Positions 50,129 through 61,159 of a stretch of 64,000 bases of DNA are shown piece after piece. This stretch comes from Botryllus schlosseri (taxonomy: Eukaryota), in assembly GCA_051294905.1 (NCBI GenBank), contig CM119384.1, forward strand, positions 22,196,001-22,260,000. Reading direction: 5' to 3'. A model generated the notes under the pieces. The model searched no databases. It was not told the origin of the DNA and worked only from the letters and a program-made list of their open reading frames with translations. Position 1 is the stretch's first letter. Every line of letters starts with the position of its first letter. A program made the position numbers and the translations under genes.

Positions 50129-53100
50129 CTATGCTTTTTCTAGTTTATTTGTCAAGTCTTTCATTTCTTCGTCAAGATCTTGGAGTATTTTCAATCTTTG
50201 CCGGAGCGTGCCACACGTTTTTTGGAGGATCTCCGTTACTACATTTTGCATATTTGGTGGTTTGTCGTTTTCGAATTCCAGTTTTATTCGGTTTTGGGTT
50301 ATTTTTTGTTTGTATATAGCCAGAATCACCCCTGCTTGGTTTTTTCTTTCTTCCGTTTCTTTTCCATTAATCACGTGATCTTCTGTTATTTTTATGCGGT
50401 TTCCTTTTTGGTCTCGAATATAGTTTTGGAGTTTTTTCAGAATTTCTTGGGCGGCGGGGCACTCGTATACAATATGTCGTGCCGTTTCCTCCGTGTGGCC
50501 GCAGTGTCGGCATTTGGTTTTAGCTATTTTCCCGTATTTGTCGTACAGGATATTTTTTGTCTTTCTTTTCGCGCCGAAGAGGTATCCCTCGTGCGCTACT
50601 CTGAAGGACGTGATTTTTTCTTTGTTGGTTATAATCCGTTCTACACTTCCTGTTAGGAAGTGGATGTTTCCCCACTCGATGTTTGAGTGGGGGGTAGGGC
50701 CCGAATATTTATTTTCAAAATTAGCTTTAATGGCCTGATAGAGTTGTTTCTGAGTGGCTTCCTTCAGTTTTTCTAGGGGCCAGCTCAGAGTTTCGTTTTT
50801 TCGATTTCTTTCCATTCCTTCGGAAGCATCGTTTTGTGAGGCATGCTGTTTGAAAACAGGGCCTTGTTCCATTTTTTTATAGTTGGGCCCAGGCAGTATA
50901 GGGCATGGAAGTGCCAAAATTCCGTCGGGTTTTTTATGACGGCTAATATTTTGGCTTTTTCCGCCTTGACAGCTTTTATCTTGGACTGGATATGCGGTAT
51001 CGCCATTCCGCCTTGGATTTTCTGCCGGATAAGGGTTTTCCGAGACACCATCTCCATCTTTTCGGGGTACCACACAAATTCAAAAAAAAGCCTGTTCATG
51101 GTGGTTGATATTTCCATAGACGGGGTGCTAGATACATCTTGTTTATTATTTTGGGTACTATGATTGTGTTTAATACCAACTGTTTTCCGTACCATGTTAA
51201 ATTTCTTTTTCTGAAGTCGAGGAGTTGCCCTCGAATGGTCTGTATCGTCTTTTCCCAGTCTTCGTTTTCCTGTTTTTCACCAAAATGTTGGCCCAATATT
51301 TTTATTTTTAATTTGGTCTGGTTTTGGAAATGTCCCGCTATGTATTTATCTTTCGGATTATTAAGGGCAAGGATTTCCGTTTTATTTTCGTTTAATTCTT
51401 GCCCCGTGGCTCTTTTTAATAATTCGAATTCCTTGTAAACATGTAGGACTGATTCAAAGTCCTTGGTCGTCGTTGTAATATCGTCCGCATATTGCTGGAG
51501 CTTTGTTGCGTGTTTTCCGATTTTGATACCCCGGATGTTCGGATTTTCCCTTATGCGTTCGGCTATTGGTTCGGCTGCGATGGAGTACAAATAGGTACTG
51601 AGGGGGCACCCTTGTCGAAGGCCCCTTTTTACGTGGATGTTTTTTGTGCTAGCCCCATTTATGTATATCCTGTTGGTTGAGTTTTCATATATTGTTTTTA
51701 TGAGTTTGGTGATTTTACTTCCCATGTTAAATTTTTCCATGATCTCAAATAGCAGTTGATGTGATATAAGGTCAAAAGCCTTTCGTTGGTCGAAATTGGC
51801 TATGACGACTGGGATATTTTTTGATTCTGTGTATTCTTTAATTGATCGCACGTTTCTCAGTATGTCCGTCATTTGTCTACCGCGGATAGCTGATTTTTGC
51901 GTATCTCCGATAATTTCTCCAATAAACTCCCTTATTCGGTTGGCGAGAATTTCCGAAAGGATCTTGTAGTCGACATTCGTTAAGGATATTGGGCGCCAAT
52001 TTTCAAGGTGTTGTGGGTCGCCCTTTTTAAACAAGTTTTACCGCTGAGGTTCCCCAGGAATCGCATATTGTTCCGAAAAGGATAGCGTTATTATACAGCT
52101 GCCATAGGTCGCCTTTAACTAGTCCAAAAAAAGTTTTATAAAACTCGGCTGATATGCCATCTGGACCGGGGGATTTGTTTGAGGTCTGTTCTTTCACTGC
52201 CCGTTCTATTTCTTGCTCCGTGATGGTGGAGTCTTGGAGCTCCGCTTGATCTTCTGTAAGGGCTTTGTTTATGGAATTTATAAGTTTTTTCCTGTCTCCC
52301 TCCGGTCCTGTGTGGGTTTGACCCCCAGAGTTTGTTGTAAAACCCCCAGGTGGCGTTTAGAATCTCCTCCTTCTTCTCTACCCGTCTGCCGTCTTCCTCC
52401 GTGACCGCATCTATTACTTTCTGAGACCGTCTGTTATTTAATTTGGTATAGAACGAATGCGTCGGTTTTTCCTCTTTCTCTAATTGATCTTTATAGTGTA
52501 TTTTCATGAGGAATGTTAGTTTGTCCTTTTCCAGTTGTTTTAGGTTTTTCGTGATTTGTTGCCGTTCATCTGGTGTTGTGGTGGGATTTTCTATTAGTTT
52601 TACCCAGTGGTCTCTTTGTTTGTTTTCCAATTTTTGTTTTTCTTGGCCAAATTGGATGGAGACTGTTTTCATTTTTTCTTTCCATTCATCCCACCACAAT
52701 TGTAGGCTTCCGTATTTCGCTTTTTCCAAAGAGTGTTCTGTAAAAAGGTTTTTTATGATGGTCTGAAATTCCTGGTTTTGATAATGTGACGTATTGTTGA
52801 TCCATAACCCTTTTTGTTTTTTAGGTGTTATCACGATCTTCTGAAAGTAGGTATGGTCTGCGACGGCGTTCGTTTTATATTCGCATTTTCTGGTGTTTAT
52901 GCAGAGGTTCTTCGTCATATAGACGCGGTCTATCCTCCTAGAGTTAACGGCTTGTTGATAGAATATATTCTTTTTTCTGGCTCTCGCCAACGAAATACAT
53001 CGTGGAGGTCTTTTTCGGTGGTAAAGTTGCGCCACTTGGCTGCTACTAGAGAGAGCCTAAAGTTACTGGTGTGTTCTACATCCTTGATTGATGTCACCAT

Positions 53101-53570
53101 GTTAAAATCTCCTGCCACGATAATCGATCCCTGCTGTTGTTGGATAGCTTGGATGGTTTCGTCGTAAAACTGTTCTTGGAGTTTTATGTTGGTGTGTGGT
53201 GCGTAGACATTATATATACTAACCACATGTTTCTGGTCTTTTGTGCTTATCGTGACACTTTGTAGTCTGTGCGGGACGTGGATTTCATGGTGTACGTCCA
53301 TGTCCTGCAACCACTCTTTCCTAATGAATATAAGGGTTCCTTGGTAATACAACTTTGTCGGTTGGTTGACCCACGCGTCGTTTTTTTTCAAGGCAATTGG
53401 TGTATAGTTCAAGATCATGTTTTTCGGCCCATTTTGTAACGGCATTCCTTTGGATTTCGTGCGTTTCTTGTACGCAATACACGTTTACTTTCTCAGTTTT
53501 CATGAATTGTTTTATCAGATTCCAGTGTACGTCTAATCCGTTTACGTTGATCGTCAAAATTGACAATGGC
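50129..53570 (-). pseudogene. C2 ORF2 (APE-RT), frameshifted
   Basis: Successive minus ORFs 53321, 52930, 52136, 51096, 50785, 50129 match C1 ORF2. Confidence 0.9.
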
Positions 53571-53574
53571 AGGT

Positions 53575-54729
53575 TTATTTCTTCGAAGGAGCTGAAGGTG
53601 ATGCCGAAGTGGTGTTTGCATCTCTCCTTGTGGTGCTTGTGAATGTTGGCCTAAGTGCGGTTGACTTTTTACTCGCCATCCTGATTTCAGGACTTTCTTC
53701 ACTCCGCCTTTTTATTGGCGATGCCGGTATATTATTACGGAAGGTGTATTCAGACATGGTTTCCGGGACACTCGGCAGCCTTGTGTGTGCCGGTGTCCTC
53801 GGTTCTGGTGTTGCGGTTGTGGTATCAGACATTGTTGTCCATACGGACGTCTGTGATGAAAAGGATGCTACATGTCTTGTAGTTGCACCGTCTTTCGGTC
53901 TATCCGTCCCTTCTTTCTCGTTATTCTCATTACTCTGTTCTGAGTTTTCGTCATTATCTATGTATTCTTCTTGTTCCCCTTCTGCTTGTTCTACATCTGG
54001 TTCCTCGCCTATGATCAGGTTGCCTTCGGAGGAAGACTCACTGGTCATGTTATGCTCCTCAGCTTTCCCAGCTTCCTGAGCTGTAGAGTACTCTTGTTTC
54101 AAGATGGGGCATTCTTGGCGTCTATGGCCTGGGGTTTTGCATTCCATGCAAACTACCGGGCTTTTGCAGTTTCTTGCCGTGTGACCGGATTGAAGACAAT
54201 TATAGCACTGAGGTGCATATTCACCGGGTGGCCGGTAAACCTTGCACCACAGCTTTCTAATCTTTATGACCGGTGGTAGCTTGCCTCTTTTATAATTTTT
54301 GATCATTAGTCTTCGGTATCCGTTATGGATTTCACTACCTCTGTGATTTACTCTGATCATTTTAATGACTGTGCCGCAGTCATGTTTATGTATCTCGTCT
54401 TTCACTTCACTGTCAGAGGCTTCAGTTGGAACCGCCCTTACGTTGATGCTTTCATATGGCGTTGAAGCCTCTGCAAAGGGTATTAGTCCTGTTTCTATTG
54501 ACAGGCCGTCTTGCCATGCAAGCAGGAGGTCGTTCTTTGTTTTTGCCATCTCATCGTTGTTTTTGATCGTGATATTATAGGTAGTAGGGCCTATCTGGTA
54601 GACAGACTCTATCTGCGCGTTTAGGTGCTTCGTTTCGCTGCATTCTATAATCGCAGCGAGCACCTGTTGTGTATTTGTATTCTCAGGAACGGTAGCGTCC
54701 AAGGAGCGTGGTCTACCGTCTATGTCCAT
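53575..54729 (-). CDS. C2 ORF1 (384 aa)
   Basis: Nearly identical to ORF 16667..17821. Confidence 0.92.
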   Translation of the reverse strand: MDIDGRPRSLDATVPENTNTQQVLAAIIECSETKHLNAQIESVYQIGPTTYNITIKNNDEMAKTKNDLLLAWQDGLSIETGLIPFAEASTPYESINVRAVPTEASDSEVKDEIHKHDCGTVIKMIRVNHRGSEIHNGYRRLMIKNYKRGKLPPVIKIRKLWCKVYRPPGEYAPQCYNCLQSGHTARNCKSPVVCMECKTPGHRRQECPILKQEYSTAQEAGKAEEHNMTSESSSEGNLIIGEEPDVEQAEGEQEEYIDNDENSEQSNENNEKEGTDRPKDGATTRHVASFSSQTSVWTTMSDTTTATPEPRTPAHTRLPSVPETMSEYTFRNNIPASPIKRRSEESPEIRMASKKSTALRPTFTSTTRRDANTTSASPSAPSKK

Positions 54730-55392
54730 GTCCCGCTTAGCCTGTAGGCTATCGGAAAAGGATAGCTGTAGCAGAGTTTGCTGTCTGTTTGTTGAAGCGC
54801 GCTTTGTTTAGTTCCTATGTGCTTTGCGAAGACCGATACGCCGGTTTCGCTACGCAAAGAGCTATACGGACGCCGACTAGGCGGTGTCGTAGCGCTTTTC
54901 TAATTAGTCCAAAGGTAGCAGACAGGCTCCCGTCGCCTTAAGCGAAAGGCGCGGGAGAGAATAAGGTAAAGTAGAGACTTGACTCTCGAGAGAGAGTCAA
55001 GTCTCTGAAGAATAGACTCAACAAGTCCTGACTCACGAAGACGAGTCAGGACTACAAGAGGAAAGACTCTAACTAGAGTTGACTCACGAAGACGAGTCAA
55101 GCTCTAGTAGAGGTAGATACAGACTCCTTCGAGACTCGACTCGGGAAGAGGAGTCAAGTCTCGACGAGGGAGGAGGGGTGAGTCTGAAGGAGACTCGAAG
55201 TAGAAGTAGGAAAATCCGGCGATGAAGAAGGAGGTAGGAGAAATAAGCCTAAGTAAAAGAGAAATTAAACCTAGGTATAACGAAACTTATCTAACGTTTA
55301 CGGTAACTACAACGGCCACAGCGGCTCAATTGAAGATCTTTATACCTGGAAATAGCCGTTACGTACTTAACACAATCAATATTGCGTCAACC

Positions 55393-58300
55393 TTTTTTTT
55401 TTTTTTGCGGCTCTATGGATACCCAGACTTTCGCAGGGCTTCACTCATCTGATATAAGCCCTGCTACGGTCTGGGGGTTTTGGGTACATCTTCGTTGTAT
55501 ATAAGTATAGGATCTTCATTGTAGACCATATTACAACCAAACACTTCAATGGATGGAGTATAGGTAGGTTTGGCGTACTTCGTTTGTGGGCAAGTAGCTT
55601 CCCACCTGTCGCACGCGGTTTGGGGCTTTTGATTCGGCCCCTCCCTCCTCCCCAGAAGGGATTTTGCCCAATTTTCTCCTTTAGGTTGTCGTTGGATTGC
55701 CTAAACTTTCGTTTGGAACCCATTTGGGCATACGTTTTACGGTGTTTCCTCCAAGATCTTGTTATTAAGGTTTTTTAACTCGCTGCAGAGCAGGGTTCTG
55801 GCTGCGAGTCTTTTTATTGCTGTTGCTGTGATTTTTTTGTATATATTTTTCGCCAAATTGGTTTTGTCATATTCGTTTTCGTTGGTTCTGTCCAGTTCTA
55901 GTCTGTGTTTGAGCATTTGTGTTTTGTAAAGCGTGGTTATAAATTTTGTTTGTTTTTGATTAATTTCAGTGGGTTTTCCAAGAATTATGTTCTCTCTCTG
56001 CAGAGGTGTTCTCTTTCCGTTTTTTCTGAGGAGGTTTTCGAGGAGGTCTAGGATTGGTTTGGCTGCACCGCATTCCCACAGAATGTGGGCAGCGGTTTCT
56101 TGGTGGTGTCCACACTGTCTGCAGTGCAGCCTTGCCAATCCGCCCGTCCTGGTCGTGAGGATGTTGTGTTTTATTCGGGTTGCCCCGAATAGATACCCCT
56201 CATGCGCGGCTCTATAACTCGCGATTTTTTCACTGTTTTTTACCAAGTGTTCCTCCCCAGGCTGGTCGTGGAGAATCTTAGCCCACTGTGCCTGGGGGGT
56301 GTCGGGGTTTGGCTGCGTGTTCTTGTTCCTCAGAGCCCCGTATATTTGTTTCTGCGTGGCTTCTGTCCACTGCTCTTGTGTCCAGGCCAAGGACCTCTTG
56401 GTGTCCAATAGCTCTCTCCACTCCTCATTTAAGAGGTCTCTCCTGGGACCCCTGATGTTTTGTAGTTCCGGGTTGATTTTTTTTGTTTGAGATCCAAGAA
56501 TGTATAACGCGTGGTGGTGCCAGAACTGGTCTGGCTCCTTCATTGCTGCGATGATTTTGATCTTTTCTACTCTACATGCCTGTATTTTGCTGGCGATATG
56601 GGGGAGGTCAAAGCCCCCCTCCTTGGCGGCTCTCATCATTGTGTTTCGTCTGATGACCTCTATTTTCTTGGGCGACCACATGAATTTACATATAAGGTTG
56701 TTCAGTTTGGTGACAGTGCTTTCGTTTGGGGGGCACGTTTTTGCCTGGTACAGAACCTTTGGGACTATGATGGTATTGATGATAATTTTCTTTCCGTACC
56801 AAGTTAAATTTCTTCTGTTGTTGCTGATACATGCTTGGTTTACTTTCTGTATCACCTTGTCCCAATTTAGTTTGTTTTGGTTCTTGCCAATTTGCTGGCC
56901 AAGTATTTTGATCGTAGGTTTTCTTAGATTTGTCAGGTTTTGGTAGATGTTGTCGTCTTTCGGTGAGTTCATTTCAAGGATTTCGGTTTTGTTTATGTTT
57001 AGTTCTTGTCCAGTGGTTTGTTTTAGTTTTTCGAATTCTAGTATGGTCTGTTTTACAGATTCGTAGTTAGTGCAAAGGATTGTAATATCATCCGCGTACT
57101 GCTCGATTTTTATGGTTTTGCTGCCTAATTTAATTTTATGGTTTTGCTGCCTAATTTAATTCCAGTGATAAGTTTGTTCCTACGGATCCTTTCCGCCAGG
57201 GGCTCTGCCGCTAAGACATATAAATATGTGCTTAGCGGACATCCCTGGCGGATGCCCCTTTTGATGGTGATTTTCTCTGTCATCGCGCCGTTTATTACGA
57301 TTCTGCTGTATGAGTTTTGATACAGGTGCTTTATTAAATCGGTGATTTTCTTCCCGAACTTGAAATGCTCCATGATGGTGAAAAGGGTTTCTTGAGACAC
57401 CATATCAAACGCCTTTTTTTGATCAAAATTGGTGATGAGCAGGGGTGTTCCTCTTTGCTCTGTTAACTCTTTCACTGTGGCCACGTTCCTCAGGACGTCA
57501 GATATCTGACGTCCCGGGACCGAGCATTTTTGAGACGTTCCTACTATATGCGGCATGGATTCCTTAATCCTGTTAGCCATGATCTTCGCCATTATTTTGT
57601 AATCGCAATTCGAGAGCGATATTGGCCGCCAGTTGTCGAGGCATAACATGTCTCCTTTTTTCGGAATCAGTACTACGTGCGATTCCCCCCACGTCTTTGG
57701 TATGCTTGTGAAGCATAGCGCATTGTTATAGATTTCTAGGAGACTGTTTTTAAGGGTCCCGAAGAATGTGGAGTAAAATTCTGGCGAGAGTCCGTCCGGT
57801 CCAGGTGTTGTTGAGGTTTTTTGGGAGCGTAGCGCAATTTTTATTTCTTCCTCTGTTATTATTTGATCTTGTTGTGATCGTTGGTCCGGAGGGATTTCCT
57901 TTTCGAGTTCATTTACCATATCTTTGATGCTCCCTTTGGGTGCGTTGTGCGCAATGCCCCATAGGTTGTGGTAATATTTATGTACGTGAGTAAGGATGTT
58001 GTTTTTCCCTCGTAATGGCTCTTTGTTGGTGTCGGTGAGCTCCGTGATGCATTTTTGTTTTTGTTTTACTTTCAATTGTTCGTAAAACTGTTTCGTTGGC
58101 TTTTCTTGGTCTTCCATGTTATTTTTGTATTCTGACTTCATCAGGAAATCTATTTTTGCCTTCTCTAGGATTTTCAGCTCCTTGATTAGCTTGTTTCTCT
58201 TCTCGTTTGTTATATTTGGGTTCTGTAGTAGTTTCTTTTTTTGGCTTATTTCTTTCGTTTCTATTTGTTTTTGCTCTATGCCGTATTGTATCGATGTTAT

Positions 58301-59629
58301 TCTGATTTTGTTTTTTAGGGCGTCCCACCATTGTCCTATGTTGGGATAAAGAGCTTTCTCTAGCTCGAACATCTTAATTTCGTTCCGTATGTGCGCTATG
58401 TATTCTTGATGGTTAAAGTGTGCCGTGTTGTTTTTCCAGCTAGGCTTTCCCCATTTTTCTAGGTGTTTTGGCTTGAGGATCAATTCCACGTAATGTGTGT
58501 GGTCTGAGATCGGGTTTATCTGGTATGCTATGTTTTTCACGTCTCCTAGCAAGTTTTTTCCTGTATAAATTCGGTCGACTCTCCTTTTGTTTTTTGGCGC
58601 ATTCGTCGTGTATACTTTTGTGTTCGGGAAGTTCCACCTGAATGTGTCCGTAACGTTGTTTGTTTTTATGTATTGTTTCCAGACGGTCGATGCCGGAACT
58701 TCGGTGAACGCGTCTGGGCGCTCAACGTCTATTGCTTTTGTTACAATATTGAAGTCCCCTAGGATAATGGGGTATGTTGGTGCGTCTTGATGTTCTAGCT
58801 TACTCGTCAACTCCTTGTAGAATTCTAACTGTTTGTGTTTGCCCGATGGTGGAGCGTACACATTCGTGATTGCTATTGTCTCTTCGTGCTGCAGGTGTAT
58901 GATTAGTTGCTGAGCGCGACGCGGTATGATGGTATCGTGCTGTGTTTTTGAAGAGTCAGGGAGCCAGGATTCCTGTATTAGGATCGCTGCTCCTTGGTAG
59001 TAATGTTTAGGGCCTTGTTCGTCTTCTGGTGTCCATTTGTCGTCTCTGTCCAGTGTGTTTAGAAATATTTTGTAGCCTTGCTTTTCTGCCCAGGTAGTGA
59101 TTTGATGTTTTTTGATTTTATGAGTCTCCTGGACGCACACAATGTTGGCTCCCTTTGCCTTTAGGTAGGCTTGGAAGCTGTTCCAGTGTGTCTGCATTCC
59201 ATTTATGTTTATTGATAAGATAGATGTTGGTGGGACGCCGAATTTTAGGATTTAAAGAGGTTTACCAGGTCTTGTTCCCCCACGCCTTTCTTGCGTTGCT
59301 TGCTTGCGGGTTTCGGCGGAACTGGTGGCCTGTTTTTGTTTAATTGGACTTCGAAGTTTTCCTCCGAGCTGTTGCTCCTTATGCGCTTAATTGGAGACGC
59401 CTGCAGGTTTTTCAAGTCATTCGCGCTCACTCTGTGTGGTACAGTGCTCGACATCGCCCTTCGCCTTGATTGCAAGGGTGGTGAAGTTGGCGTAGGTATT
59501 TGCGTGCTGTCTTTTATTGTATGCTGGGAGATGTCTTCCCATATTGACTCTCCTGCCGCGTATGGGGTTTTGTTTTCGTCACTTTCAGGTGACTCCAGTA
59601 TTTGGAGGTCACCTGGAGTGTGTTCTTCC
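55393..59629 (-). mobile_element. E-family copy E2, lacking its 5' part
   Basis: ORF1 tail 59245-59629, ORF2, 3' UTR, poly(T) 55393-55406; homology to E1 stops at a minisatellite. Confidence 0.9.
55737..59230 (-). pseudogene. E2 ORF2 (APE-RT), broken by a short tandem duplication near 57110-57160
   Basis: ORFs 57125..59197 and 55737..56972 carry APE, RT and CRQC...HILWEC motifs. Confidence 0.9.
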
Positions 59630-60028
59630 GCGTATCCGGACAATACCGAGAATGCTATTACCGAGAATGCTATTACCGAGAAGGACAATACCGAGAATGG
59701 ACATTACCGAGAATGGACAATACCGAGAATGGACATTACCGAGAATGGACAATACCGAGAATGGACATCACCGAGAATGGACAATTCCGAGAATACTATT
59801 ACCGAGAATGGCTATTACCGAGATTACTATTACCGAGAATGTCTATTACCGAGAATGCTATTACCGAGAATGGCTATTACCGAGAATGGCTATTACCGAG
59901 AAAGCTATTACCGAGAATGGCTATTACCGAGAATACCATTACCGAGAATGACCATTACCGAGAATGAACATTACCGAGAGTGCTATTACCGAGAATGACC
60001 ATTACCGAGAATGGACACTACCGACAAT
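59630..60028. repeat. ~14-15 bp minisatellite (ATTACCGAGAATG core)
   Basis: About 25 tandem units of xxxATTACCGAGAATG / ACAATACCGAGAATG. Confidence 0.95.
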
Positions 60029-61049
60029 ACACTTTGGCGCACTAATGCTCGGCGACCTCACGTCCCAGAGGCCACCCGAGGGTGTCGACGCGATAAGCGA
60101 TCTCCCCATTTGCTGCACAGACTAACCGAACCGATCGGGCTTGGAATAGTCGTTTGAAAAATCGCAATTTTCGACTGTTACACCCGTTTTTACGAAACCT
60201 TTGAAATTTCCATCATTGTTTTACGTATGTTAAAAAATGAGTGATGTTACGAGAACACGTTGAAAATGAAGTGATAAGTGCACTTACAAGGAGTGTTTAT
60301 GGTATGACGTTGGGAGATCAAGATAAACGCCGGGCACCAGCATTAGGCTGAAACTTCGCGCTTATGGACTCAAGGTATAGTCAAATTTTGCTCAATTATC
60401 ATGCAACCCTCATCAGTCTTGTGCACACATTATCTGTGAGAGTGCTAAACCGGAAAAACTGTATTTTCCTGAAATATCACCATGATATATATCGTAATTC
60501 GGTGGACTTTTAATACTTCAAAACGAATTCAGTAGCTGCATTTCTTGAAATACGCGGCCGTGGCTTGAAAATCCACGCCTGTGATTTGATATGAACGACT
60601 GCCTAAAACATGTTTCCTCAGAGATAGGTGGTCGCGAATATACTATTAACGCGTAAAAGCTTCCGACGATTATCTTTGGATATATTCGCGATATATGGCC
60701 TCAATATTGAGAAAGTGATTTTCGAAAATCTAGAATAGCGGTTATGTATATTGTGTATCACAGAAGAAAATATATTTCGTGGCGAGGTCTCAATAACTTT
60801 GTTGGGACGGATTAGAAATTTATAGTCTGTAATTTCTATCCCAAAGTATTGTTTACAATTTTGCGGGTACAACGAACTTCAAATCCCAATTTTGCGCAAA
60901 CATTTCAAAGTCACCCTGACTGATCTTTTAGTACTCTAACTTTTCATATCAAACCCCGTTCTGTTGATGTTAGTCCTGAAGCTTTTGCACTTATAAAGCG
61001 AAACTGCCTCACGATTTCCCTGATATTAGGTTATAAATCATTTTGCAAA

Positions 61050-61108
61050 TTTAGAGGTTTCGCGTACCCCCTGAAAATACTTCGCGGAACCCCGGTTGAG
61101 AACCACCG
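61050..61108. mobile_element. Possible isolated hAT/Charlie terminus
   Basis: GGTTGAGAACCACCG followed by GTCTAGAT, resembling the TIR at 31530-31544; partner end not found. Confidence 0.4.
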
Positions 61109-61159
61109 GTCTAGATGATGCATATCAGTATCAGTTTAATATTATTTTCATCATTTCAA

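Larger units (their letters stand above)
49686..55392 (-). mobile_element. Full-length C-family copy C2
   Basis: ORF1 nearly identical to C1; poly(T) 49686-49704 on the plus strand; same 5' UTR and 3' hairpin. Confidence 0.92.

Noticed and set aside
6152-58790. Numerous antisense and overlapping ORFs in the track
   Set aside because: Shadows of A-rich, stop-poor retrotransposon coding strands.
59291-59998. Repetitive ORFs (ITEN/YYRE/LLPR repeats)
   Set aside because: Translations of the minisatellite in several frames.
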